Of a DNA stretch of 64,000 bases, positions 9,037-17,970 are shown piece after piece. The position numbers and the translations under genes are program-made. Numbering within the stretch: the first letter of the stretch is position 1; every line of letters begins with the position of its first letter. The stretch is taken from assembly GCA_964481655.1 (NCBI GenBank), contig CAYZVO010000002.1:21746-85745 (forward strand). Direction: 5' to 3'. The notes beneath the pieces are model-generated. The model saw nothing but the letters and a program-made list of their open reading frames with translations. It did not search any database and was not told the origin of the DNA. This DNA is from an uncultured Enterobacterales bacterium (GTDB lineage: Bacteria; Myxococcota_A; UBA796; JAFGLY01).

Positions 9037-9849
9037 ATGCAAGAGCTGGCTTGGCACATGATGCTTCGCCTCGACGACGATCGAGTCCTCGCACCCAGCG
9101 TGCACGACCGTCGGCTGCTCGCCCGCACGGTCTACCGCATCGCCGATGAGCGAGGGCTGCTGTGCTTCGGCGCGGCTGACACCCACCTGCACCTGGTGGT
9201 GCTCTGCTCGCGGGAGAATGCGGGGCGCCTGGCCCAGCAGCTGGGCGTGGCGCTGCGGGCCCAGCTGCACATCCCGGTACCCTTCGCGCCGGCCCGCATC
9301 GTGGAGGTGCGCGACCAGCACCACCTGCGCAATGTGTTCCACTACGTGCTCGGGCAGCGGGGGCGCCACGGGCTCCACAGCGATCCGTTCCTGGACGCCT
9401 CCAGCCTGCCGGAGCTGCTGGGCCTGCGCGTGCTTCGCACGGACAGCGGGGACCTGGTGCGGGAGCTGCTCCCGCGGGTCTCGCGGCGGGACCTGCTGCG
9501 GCACCTGTCGCTGGAAGCGCTCGAGCCCTGCTCGGCCCTGGTCGCGCCGCTGGACGCAGCGGCTGGTGCCGTCGGGCTCGGTAGCCTCGACCAGAGCCGG
9601 GAGTTGGGGCGTCTGGGGCGCGCGGCGCTGGTGCAGCTGGGCACGCCGCAGCTGGCCAGTGGAGCGTTGGCGCAGCTGATCGGCAGGTCCGAGCCCACGG
9701 TGCGGCGCCTGAGGCAGGTCGAGGTCCCGCCGCGACTGATGCGCGCGGTGCGGCTGCAGCTGGCGCTGCGACAGGACCTGCTCGGGGCGGACGGAGAGCC
9801 CGGCGCGCTCACGAACGAGTGGGGTGCTGGGCACCGCAGGGCTTCGTGA
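9037..9849 (+). CDS. REP-associated tyrosine transposase (RAYT)/IS200-like HUH Y1 nuclease with C-terminal HTH-like region
   Basis: GGAGG RBS before ATG 9037. N-terminal WHMMLR, HUH motif DTHLHLVV, and a catalytic-Tyr-like helix LRNVFHYVLGQ. The C-terminal LAQLIGRSEPTVRRL is HTH-like. Confidence 0.7.
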   Translation: MQELAWHMMLRLDDDRVLAPSVHDRRLLARTVYRIADERGLLCFGAADTHLHLVVLCSRENAGRLAQQLGVALRAQLHIPVPFAPARIVEVRDQHHLRNVFHYVLGQRGRHGLHSDPFLDASSLPELLGLRVLRTDSGDLVRELLPRVSRRDLLRHLSLEALEPCSALVAPLDAAAGAVGLGSLDQSRELGRLGRAALVQLGTPQLASGALAQLIGRSEPTVRRLRQVEVPPRLMRAVRLQLALRQDLLGADGEPGALTNEWGAGHRRAS

Positions 9850-9978
9850 GCGTTGGGGTGGTCGGGTGCGCTCACGGACACCCGGGGTGTCTGTCACTCC
9901 GCGGGTTGGCGAGCGCTGGCGTGGTCCGTCGCGCTCACCAGTTGCGGGAGTGTCCGACACCCCCCCGGTTCGTGAGCG
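9805..9978. repeat. Three REP-like imperfect palindromes (~48 bp) at an exact 63-bp period
   Basis: Units start at 9805, 9868 and 9931. Shared pattern GCGCTCAC-N8-GG(G/A)GTG-N5-CAC-N11-G(T/C)GAGCG. Confidence 0.85.
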
Positions 9979-9995
9979 AGCCGGGACCGGCGGCG

Positions 9996-11624
9996 CTACT
10001 CGTCCACGACCCGATAGCGGAGCAGCCCTTCCCAGGTGCCCACCACCAGCCAGTGGCCGTCGGGGCTGGCGGCGATGGACTCCGACAGGCGCGCCGGGCC
10101 GCCCAGGCCGCCCAGCTCCTGGCCGTCCAGATCGATCACCAGCGGGCCGCGGTGGGTGGTGACCAGGAGCCGGTCGGCGCCCACCGCCGCCACGGCCAGG
10201 CCGATGCCGGGACCCTTGGCGCGCTCTCGTCCCTTGTCGTCGAGGATCACGGTGCCGCCGTCGGCCAGCGCGATGTGCCCGCCGGGGAGCCAGGCCGCGT
10301 CGAGGGCCAGGTCCGGGTAGGGTCCCAGGCGCCGCTCGGCGCCAGAGCTGGCGTCCAGGGTCGCGATCCGTTCGTAGCCCCACAGCAGCAGCAGCTCGTC
10401 ACCGCTGGGCGCGGAGGCCAGCAGGGTGACCTGGTCGAGCATGTCGCCATCATGCCCGGCGCTGCGGCGCTTGACCCCGCGGGAGGCGTCGAAGACCCAC
10501 AGGCCCTGTCGGGCGCCGACCGCGAACCAGCGGCCGTCGGCGGTGAACGCGCAGTGGTGCACGGACCAGCGGGTGTCCTCACCGAGGATGGCCCGCGGTT
10601 CGCCGTCGAGGGCCCACAGCTGGTAGGCGCCGCCGTCGGTGTCCAGGCCGACGGAACCCCAGACCACCCCCAGCCGGGAGCCGTCGGGGGCGACGCAGAT
10701 CTCGTCGATCTCGCGTCCCTGGCGGTGTCCTCCAAGCTCGACACGGCCGCGCTCGAGGCCGTCGTCGAGCCCGAACCAGACGAGGACGTCATCTTCGGCG
10801 GCGAAGAGGGTGTCGCCGGCGATGGCCAGGGCCTCGTTGGGGGCCTCGATGGGATCGCCGTGGGCGGCTACCCGATCCCAGGTCGGCCAGGGCTCGGGTG
10901 GGGGAGGGGGCTCGTAGCTGGCGATGGTGCCGCCGCCTCCGCCGCTCCGCATCCCACCGCCGCCGGTCGCGAGCCCCGCGTCGGGGCTGTTCAGGGCGAT
11001 CACGTCTTCGAAGGGGTCTTCGTAGCCCATCAGCTCGTCGCTGAACCCGCCGTAGGCCGCGGTGGACCCTGCGATGGCCTGCAGCAGCCCTGACTCGGCG
11101 ATGATGGCGTCCGACCGTGCGGTGAGGGCGGAGCCCTGCTCGAGCTTCAGGGTCAGCGCGCCGGCCATCAGGCAGCGGTCGATCCCATGGAACACCAGGT
11201 GCTGGTCCGCCCGCTGTTCGACCTGCAGGCGCGTCGCGCCGCAGCGGGCGCTCAGGGGGCCCTCGACCCCGGTGACCGGGGCGGTGCTGGTGCACTCGAT
11301 GTTGGCCTCGAGGCTCCAGCAGTCCCGATCTGCGGTGGCGTCGAGGCGGCAGTCGACATCGGGCCTCGCGGTGCACGAGGACACGCTGAATCCTCCGCCG
11401 AGCCCACCCACGGGCCACTGCAGCTGGTGCAGCCCAGCCTTGTCGAGCTCGAGGGCCATCCAGCCCTCGCCGTCGCCGCCCGCCAGGGCCACCTCCCGGG
11501 CGTCGCCCAGGGCCAGCTCGATGGTCTGCTGGGCGTAGGCGCCGTCGTTGGTCTTCACAGCGTCGATCAGGGCGGGCTCGCGGGCCGGGGCCGCGGCGAC
11601 CAGCAGCGCGAGCGCCAGCATCAC
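9996..11624 (-). CDS. Secreted protein with C-terminal WD40/YVTN-like beta-propeller
   Basis: Signal peptide, Gly-rich linker, repeated blades (ICVAPDGSRL, CAFTADGRWF, LASAPSGDEL, IAASPDGHWL). GTGA overlap with the MMPL stop. Confidence 0.75.
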   Translation of the reverse strand: MMLALALLVAAAPAREPALIDAVKTNDGAYAQQTIELALGDAREVALAGGDGEGWMALELDKAGLHQLQWPVGGLGGGFSVSSCTARPDVDCRLDATADRDCWSLEANIECTSTAPVTGVEGPLSARCGATRLQVEQRADQHLVFHGIDRCLMAGALTLKLEQGSALTARSDAIIAESGLLQAIAGSTAAYGGFSDELMGYEDPFEDVIALNSPDAGLATGGGGMRSGGGGGTIASYEPPPPPEPWPTWDRVAAHGDPIEAPNEALAIAGDTLFAAEDDVLVWFGLDDGLERGRVELGGHRQGREIDEICVAPDGSRLGVVWGSVGLDTDGGAYQLWALDGEPRAILGEDTRWSVHHCAFTADGRWFAVGARQGLWVFDASRGVKRRSAGHDGDMLDQVTLLASAPSGDELLLLWGYERIATLDASSGAERRLGPYPDLALDAAWLPGGHIALADGGTVILDDKGRERAKGPGIGLAVAAVGADRLLVTTHRGPLVIDLDGQELGGLGGPARLSESIAASPDGHWLVVGTWEGLLRYRVVDE

Positions 11625-13882
11625 ACGGCCCGGATCTTGGGCTTGAACAGCACGATCATGGCCGGGAGCATCAGCAGGTCGCCCACCAGGGCGCAGACCA
11701 TGGCCAGGGACATGAGCATGCCGAACCAGGACACAGAGCGGATCTGGGCCAGGCCCAGCACCAGGAAGCCGATGGAGAGCACCACGGTGGTGGACATCAG
11801 CGCGCGCCCCACGCCGTGGATGGCGGCCTCGACGGCCTTGGTGTGATCCCCCAGGCGCCCCATCTCGTAGCGGAAGCGGTACAGGAACTGGGTGGTGTCA
11901 TCGACGATCAAGCCCAGCATGATGGCCGAGACGGTCACCGTGGCCACGTCGAGGCGGATGCCCACCAGGCCCATGACGCCGAGGATGATGATGACCGGCA
12001 CCAGGTTGGCCGGCACGGCCAGGGCCGACAGCCGCAGGGAGCGGAAGAGCAGGGCCAGCATCACGAAGATGACCAGGAAGGCCAGGGCGAAGCTCGACAC
12101 CTGCGACGCCACGACCTCTTCCATGATCACCACGTACAGCGGCAGGTAGCCGCCGGGGGTGATGGTGGCGCCGTCGGGCAGCTCGGCCACCTCGAGCAGG
12201 TCGTCGAGGATGAGGCCGAAGGCCTTGGCGGAGACCATGGGGATGCCCGCGGTGACCCGCAGGGAGTCCTCGTCGGCGGAGACCAGGCTCGACAGGTCGC
12301 TGTCCGGATCGCTCTCGTACAGCAGCAGGGCCTGCTCGAGGGCCGAGGGATCCTCGGGCACCACGAAGCTCTCGGGCTCACCGTCGGAGAGCACCTGGTT
12401 GAGCTTGCGCACCGTGTCCGCGGCGGAGCGGGTCCAGTCGACGTCGGGGTGCTCCTCCATCGCGTCCTGCCAGCGAGCCACGGCGCCCAGCACGGCGGGG
12501 TCGCGCAGGGCGCCGTCGGAGGTGACCACCAGCTCGAGTGGCGTGTAGTTGCCGAAGCTGGCCTCGATGGCCTCCGAGTCCTGGCGCACGTGGTGGTGGG
12601 ACTTCAGGTAGTCGATGCTGTAGGTGTCCACCTCGAGCTGGGTGATGCCCAGGGCGCCGGTGAGGATCAGCACCAGGGCGCCCACCAGTACGGCGGCGGG
12701 CTTCTGGGTGGCCAGCGTGGCCATGCCCGAGACCATCCACATCAGCGGCTTGGGGGGCTCCGGCGCCGGGTCCATGCGCTTCCACAGCAGGCCCACGGCG
12801 CAGCCGATCAGGGCGGCGAGGAAGGCCCCCAGCACGCCGATGGCGGCGAACACGCCCAGGTCTCGCACCACCGGCATGCTCGCGGTCGCCAGCGCGGCGA
12901 AGCCCGCCGCGGTGGTCAGGGAGTTCATGAAGCAGGGCCAGAACATGAAGGCGATCGCGGCCCGCGCCCGCTCCCAGCGGGTGCCGCCGGGGGGCTGCTC
13001 GACGGATCGGTTCAGGAAGTGGATGCAGTCGCTGACCCCGATGATGAGCATCAGGGTGGGCAGCACCATGGTGACCATGTTGATGTCGTGGCCGGTGGCC
13101 CCGTACAGGCCCATCAGCCAGACGGCGGCCAGGCCCACCACCAGCAGGGTGAGCACCACCGGTCCGACCCGGCGGAAGAGCACCAGCAGCAGGCCCACGA
13201 TCACCAGGTAGCTGGCGGCGATGAAGATCTGGGAGTCCACGGTGCTGGCCTGGTTGAGCGCCGCGTAGACCACGCCCATGCCGGCGTAGTCGGGGTCCTC
13301 GCCGCTGGCCTCGATCTGCGCGCGCAGGTCGGCCAGGATGGCGTCGCGCTTGGCGTCGATGTCCCCCATTGACTCCATCCAGGCCAGCACCAGGGCGGTG
13401 TCGCCGCTGGCGTTGACCAGGGTGCCTACGAGCAGGGGGTCGTCGAGCACGGACTGGGCGAAGTCGGGGCTGATGGGAGGGGCGTACAGGGGGGCGACCT
13501 CGAGCCAGTCCTCGCCCGATCGGATCTGCTCGATGGTGGCCAGGGACAGCACCCGCTCGATGCCCTCGACGCCCTCGGCGATCTCGCCGATGGCCTTCAT
13601 CCGGGCGAGCCCGTCTTCGTCGAGGATGCCGCCCGGCTGGTGCAGGGACATCACCACGACCTCGTCGTTGCCGAAGGTCTCCTGGAAGGCGTCGTAGGCC
13701 TCGAGGGCCGGGTCGCCCTCGACGAACCAGATGTCCAGGGCGTTGTCCACGCCGAGCTTGGACAGCCCGAGCATGGACACGGCGGACAGCAGGCAGACCA
13801 GGCCGACCATCAGCCAGCGCAGGCGCAGCAGGCGGTCGATGAAGCCTTCGGTGGCGTTGGCGGGGGGGGAGTGGTCGGTCAT
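11621..13882 (-). CDS. MMPL/RND family lipid exporter
   Basis: Two-fold repeat of TM plus periplasmic domain plus 5 TM. Conserved GVSDCIH and GLIVDDTTQ motifs. Confidence 0.9.
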   Translation of the reverse strand: MTDHSPPANATEGFIDRLLRLRWLMVGLVCLLSAVSMLGLSKLGVDNALDIWFVEGDPALEAYDAFQETFGNDEVVVMSLHQPGGILDEDGLARMKAIGEIAEGVEGIERVLSLATIEQIRSGEDWLEVAPLYAPPISPDFAQSVLDDPLLVGTLVNASGDTALVLAWMESMGDIDAKRDAILADLRAQIEASGEDPDYAGMGVVYAALNQASTVDSQIFIAASYLVIVGLLLVLFRRVGPVVLTLLVVGLAAVWLMGLYGATGHDINMVTMVLPTLMLIIGVSDCIHFLNRSVEQPPGGTRWERARAAIAFMFWPCFMNSLTTAAGFAALATASMPVVRDLGVFAAIGVLGAFLAALIGCAVGLLWKRMDPAPEPPKPLMWMVSGMATLATQKPAAVLVGALVLILTGALGITQLEVDTYSIDYLKSHHHVRQDSEAIEASFGNYTPLELVVTSDGALRDPAVLGAVARWQDAMEEHPDVDWTRSAADTVRKLNQVLSDGEPESFVVPEDPSALEQALLLYESDPDSDLSSLVSADEDSLRVTAGIPMVSAKAFGLILDDLLEVAELPDGATITPGGYLPLYVVIMEEVVASQVSSFALAFLVIFVMLALLFRSLRLSALAVPANLVPVIIILGVMGLVGIRLDVATVTVSAIMLGLIVDDTTQFLYRFRYEMGRLGDHTKAVEAAIHGVGRALMSTTVVLSIGFLVLGLAQIRSVSWFGMLMSLAMVCALVGDLLMLPAMIVLFKPKIRAV

Positions 13883-14964
13883 CGCCGGGTCTCCAGCACG
13901 AATGCGCCGTAGAAGGGAACGCGGTCCTGGGCGAGCAGGGTGGCGGAGCGCTCGGGGTGGCGCTCGACTCGATCCGCGAGGGAGGCGGGGCAGCTGCGGG
14001 GCACGAACAGGTTCCAGTAGGCGAACCGGGCGCCAGGCGCCGACGCCTCGATCATGGCGCGGTAGAGCTGCTGCCAGACGTCGGTCGGCAGGTACTCACC
14101 GATGTTGCTCAGGTTGAACGCGGTGTAGTGGCCCGCGGGGCAGTCGGGCAGGTGGTCCTCGAGGCTGGCCTGGACCCACTCGATGCGATCGGCGGCGTCG
14201 CGCAGCTTCGCGTGGCCGCGCTTGGTGATGTAGGGGTGGGCGTGCTCGATGGAGCGCCACGCGCCCTCGAGGATCCACTGCACGTAGGGGTTGTCGTGCA
14301 GGGACTGGCCGCCGAGCACGTCGTCGCAGCGGGCCAGGATGCGCTCTGCCACGCTGCCCTCGACCTGGGCGAACTGCTCGGGGCTGCGCCCCAGCCTGGC
14401 CATGACCCGGCGGCTGAAGAAGACCCGGAACAGACCGCGCCAGCGCCGGGTGGACCAGTGGCGGTCGTGCCAGGCCCGCTGCTCGGCGGGGCTCTTGGCG
14501 TCGATGAGGGCTTCGATGGTCGATCTGCGGTGAATGAGGGGCAGCACCCGGCGGGTGAAGGTGCCCAGGTAGCGCTCGAACTTACCGGCGCTCAGGAGGC
14601 CGTCGCTGATGAGCTGGGGGTTGGCGTTCCACCAGGCCCGGGCCATGCGCGAGAGGCGGTGCTCGATCTCCCCGTACGCGTCCAGGGGGTCCCCCGGGCG
14701 CAGGCCGAGCAGCACCTGGAAGCGGCCGTAGGGCAGCCAGCCACCCGCCAGCTTCAGCTCGCACAGGGCGATCTGCTGGGGGGACAGGTCGATGCCCACC
14801 ACGCGGGCACCGCGCAGCGCCAGGGCGAGGCTGTTGCAGCCGGCGGACGCCACGCTCAGCACGCGATCATCGGGGCCCACATCCAGCGCGTCGACCAGCA
14901 CCCGCCAGTCCTCCCAGCACTGGGCATAGGAGAGGCGGGAGGCCAGGGGAGCGGCGGCGGTCAT
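13879..14964 (-). CDS. DUF3419/BtaA-like SAM-dependent 3-amino-3-carboxypropyl transferase family protein
   Basis: YAQCWED, VLSVASAGCN, DLSPQQIALCELK, GKFERY and FNLSNIGEY motifs. ATG 14964 overlaps the upstream TGA. Confidence 0.85.
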   Translation of the reverse strand: MTAAAPLASRLSYAQCWEDWRVLVDALDVGPDDRVLSVASAGCNSLALALRGARVVGIDLSPQQIALCELKLAGGWLPYGRFQVLLGLRPGDPLDAYGEIEHRLSRMARAWWNANPQLISDGLLSAGKFERYLGTFTRRVLPLIHRRSTIEALIDAKSPAEQRAWHDRHWSTRRWRGLFRVFFSRRVMARLGRSPEQFAQVEGSVAERILARCDDVLGGQSLHDNPYVQWILEGAWRSIEHAHPYITKRGHAKLRDAADRIEWVQASLEDHLPDCPAGHYTAFNLSNIGEYLPTDVWQQLYRAMIEASAPGARFAYWNLFVPRSCPASLADRVERHPERSATLLAQDRVPFYGAFVLETRR

Positions 14965-17525
14965 GCGTCGTCGTCCGCGGTGATGGCCGGCTTGGCGCGG
15001 TCCTGCAGCGGCTTGACCGTGCCGGCGCCGCCGTCCATGCGGACCCGGTCTCCGTCCTTGATCAAGGCGGTGAGCCCGCGCAGCCCGACGACGGTGGGGA
15101 TGCCCATCTCCCGGGCGACCACGGCGGAGTGGGACAGGGGGCTGCCCCGCTCGACGAGCAGGCCCGAGATGGACGGGAACAGCGGCACCCAGCCGGGGTC
15201 GGTGCGCGGGGTGACCAGGATGTCGCCGTCGAGCCGGGCGCCGCCGGTGGGGGCCACCAGCGACACCACCGGACCCTCGACCACGCCGGGGTAGCAGGGT
15301 GTGCCCCGCATGACGCCGTCGTCGTCCAGCGCCGCGGGGGCGCGCCTGGCCGTGAAGCGGTTGTGGCGGTGGACGGGGCCCCAGGTGTGGAAGCGCTCGG
15401 GGGGACCGGGCAGGGCGCGGTAGGCGTCGAACTCGACCTTGCGCAGGGCCACCAGGCCCTTCCAGGAGGTGCAGGGCGCGTTGCCCTCGACCCAACCGAA
15501 CAGCTCCGGCAGCTCGAGGTAGAAGACGTCGCGGGGGTCGTCGAGGGCGCCGCTGGCGGCCATGTGCCCGCCGATGGCCCGGAAGATGTCGCGCACCAGG
15601 CCGAAGATGCGGGTGCGCAGGAAGCGGAGATCCTCGCGGGTGGCCACGGTCTCGCGGGCGCGGCCGAGGATCCAGAGGAACAAGGCCCGGCGCCAGCCCT
15701 GCAGCTGCTGCCGCGCCTGCTGTTCGGCCAGCTCGCGGCGGCGGCGCTCGCCGGCGCCGAACTGGGCGGGATCCATGGGCTCGCCGCGCAGGTAGTTGCG
15801 CAGGGAGGAGATCACGAACTCGGGCTGCTCCCGCAGGGGGATGGTCTCGAGCTTCAGCTCGTCGATGCAGCGATCGCCGAAGCGCTCCATCCAGGCGTCG
15901 AGCCAGCGGGCGAAGGTGGGATCGCGCCTGGCGCCCTCGAGGACCTCGAGATCGGACGCGCTGGAGTCGAACAGCTCCATGGCCCAGGGGGCGGCCCGCA
16001 GCCGGGCGGCGCGCTCGAGCAGGGCCCTGGTGGGAGCGGTGGACTCGAGCCCACCCTGGCCGGCCAGCAGGGCGTTGGCCATGGCGGCGCCTCGAGACTC
16101 GTCGCCGTCGCAGAGCAGGGTGGCGCACTGCTTGCGCAGGGCCGAGTGGAAGATCATGCAGAAGAAGTCGTTGACCAGCGGCGGGGTCCAGCGCATCAGC
16201 AGCTTGCGCTGCAGATCGCCGTAGATGGCGATGAGCTCGTCCGGCGGGAGGGTGTCCAGCTCGCGCTTGCGGTGGCTGCCCACGGCGTCTTCGAACTCCC
16301 GCTGGAAGCGGCGGGTGTCCCGGCGCAGGAACAGCAGCCGCCAGACCAGGGTGACCATCAGCCAGACCATGCGCGGCTTGTGCACCAGGTTGCGCTGCCA
16401 GATGGAGGCGGGGGCCTCGGCGTCCTCGTCGGCGGCGACCTCGGAGACCCCCATCATCTGCTGCATGGCGACCCGGTTGTACTGGTAGGCGGGCAGCAGG
16501 GTCAGGATCCGGAACCAGGCGTTGAGGTTGTAGTAGACCCGGCCCTGGATGAGCCCGATGAGCCGCTCGAAGATGTCGTTGTTGGCGTCGACGCTGGCCT
16601 GGGACACGCCCATCACCCGACAGAACAGTCGGTAGACGGTGTTGTAGGCGCCCCGGGCGAAGCTGTAGGTGAGGGGGGTGGTGACCCCGCTGTAGGACTC
16701 GACGATGTTCGAGTTGTCCCACAGCAGCTTGCGGCCGAAGGGCACCGGGGTGGTGATGGGGCGGGTCTGCACCAGCCACATCTGGTCGGCGTCGCGGGTG
16801 AACTCGACGTCCTGGGGGCCGCCGCCGATCTGCTCGAGCTGCCGACCCCAGGCCACCAGCTGGCAGACCTCGGTGTCGGAGAGCACGGGCTGATCCTGCT
16901 TGGCCTTGGGCACCGGGCGCTCGGCGGGTTCTTCGCCCACCAGCTTGACGTGGACCTGCTTGTCCTGGATCTCGGGCTCGATGGCGCCGCTGGGCCCCAC
17001 GCGGAAGGCGTCGCAGTCGGCGGAGCCCTGGACCACGCCTTCGCCCAGGCCCCAGGCGGCGGAGATCAGGGTGTGCTCGGGCATGTCGGGGTCGCGGGTG
17101 AACATCACGCCCGAGGCCTCGCCGCGGATCATGCGCTGCACCACCACGGCCACGGGCCCCGGCTCGATGCCGTGGGTGGCGCAGTAGGCCCGGACCCGCT
17201 CGGAGTCGCCGGACGCGCGGCAGGTGGTGATGGCGGCCTCGATGCGGGTGATGGCCTTGACCCCCAGCACGCTCTCGAGCTGACCGGCGAAGCTGTGCTG
17301 GGCGCCGTCCTCGGCCAGGGCCGAGGATCGCACGGCGTAGGGGCCGGGGCCGAGCTGCTCGAGGGCGGCCTTGAGCGCCTTGCGGTCGAGCTCGAGATCC
17401 GCGGGGATCACGAAGAAGGGCGGCACCGGCAGACCGTTGCGGACCAGCAAGCCCAGCCCTCCGGCCTTGCCCCCCACCCGATCGGCGCCTTCGCCCGCTG
17501 CCACCTGCTTGTCGAACAGAACCAT
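14961..17525 (-). CDS. PEP/pyruvate-binding-domain phosphotransferase with rifamycin phosphotransferase (RPH)/PigC-like architecture
   Basis: N-terminal ATP-grasp (VGGKA, YAVRSSA...EDG...SFAGQ, GLGEGVVQG, QTRPIT), long central helical domain, C-terminal phospho-His swivel (TDPGWVPLF, GSPLSHSAVVAREMGIP). Start re-called at ATG 17525 with GAGG RBS. Confidence 0.85.
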   Translation of the reverse strand: MVLFDKQVAAGEGADRVGGKAGGLGLLVRNGLPVPPFFVIPADLELDRKALKAALEQLGPGPYAVRSSALAEDGAQHSFAGQLESVLGVKAITRIEAAITTCRASGDSERVRAYCATHGIEPGPVAVVVQRMIRGEASGVMFTRDPDMPEHTLISAAWGLGEGVVQGSADCDAFRVGPSGAIEPEIQDKQVHVKLVGEEPAERPVPKAKQDQPVLSDTEVCQLVAWGRQLEQIGGGPQDVEFTRDADQMWLVQTRPITTPVPFGRKLLWDNSNIVESYSGVTTPLTYSFARGAYNTVYRLFCRVMGVSQASVDANNDIFERLIGLIQGRVYYNLNAWFRILTLLPAYQYNRVAMQQMMGVSEVAADEDAEAPASIWQRNLVHKPRMVWLMVTLVWRLLFLRRDTRRFQREFEDAVGSHRKRELDTLPPDELIAIYGDLQRKLLMRWTPPLVNDFFCMIFHSALRKQCATLLCDGDESRGAAMANALLAGQGGLESTAPTRALLERAARLRAAPWAMELFDSSASDLEVLEGARRDPTFARWLDAWMERFGDRCIDELKLETIPLREQPEFVISSLRNYLRGEPMDPAQFGAGERRRRELAEQQARQQLQGWRRALFLWILGRARETVATREDLRFLRTRIFGLVRDIFRAIGGHMAASGALDDPRDVFYLELPELFGWVEGNAPCTSWKGLVALRKVEFDAYRALPGPPERFHTWGPVHRHNRFTARRAPAALDDDGVMRGTPCYPGVVEGPVVSLVAPTGGARLDGDILVTPRTDPGWVPLFPSISGLLVERGSPLSHSAVVAREMGIPTVVGLRGLTALIKDGDRVRMDGGAGTVKPLQDRAKPAITADDDA

Positions 17526-17619
17526 TGCAACCTCGATCCGCCCTGCTCGCGTGGGCAGCGGCGAAGGGGTAGCCCTATCCCGAAACCACGGTGATCTCCT
17601 GTGTTCAACCTCGCTCCGG

Positions 17620-17934
17620 TTCACCACGGAGAACGCGGAGGACACGGAGGCTGCCGCTCGGCGGGTTGGGGTGGTTGGAGATTGGCGTCGAGAAGGGCGC
17701 GGTGGTCCCTGTGGCCGAGTCTGCGAGCTGCCGCTCCTTTGGTGCGATGAACGTGGTCGCGGGAGAGAATCCCGGTGCGCGTGTTGGTCGCGTCGCTTCT
17801 GGTCAGGGTGTCGCGCCGACGGAGCGGCAGCGCATCCCAGACCTGCGACCAGCGCCGCTCCCCCTCTGCGCCTGCCTCCACCCCCATCTCGAACCGAGCG
17901 GAGCCTCCGCGTTCTCCGCGATCTCCCTGTGGGT
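17620..17934. repeat. ~315-bp imperfect inverted repeat (MITE/REPIN-like) in a divergent intergenic region
   Basis: The outer arm GGAGAACGCGGAGGACACGGAGG matches the reverse complement of CCTCCGCGTTCTCCGCGATCTCC at 20/23. Inner matched blocks: CGCTCGG (17655)/CCGAGCG (17894) and GCTGCCGCTCC (17727)/GGAGCGGCAGC (17821). Confidence 0.7.
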
Positions 17935-17970
17935 TTCTACGGCGGCCACCTTTGCAGTACCATCGGAGCG

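Noticed and set aside
9805-9978. 63-bp-period array as a CRISPR array
   Set aside because: Units are ~48 nt and internally variable, spacers are only ~15 nt, and no cas genes are present. It fits REP-like hairpins better.
14961-17525. Housekeeping PEP synthase (ppsA)
   Set aside because: The His domain is C-terminal and no pyruvate-binding barrel is present.
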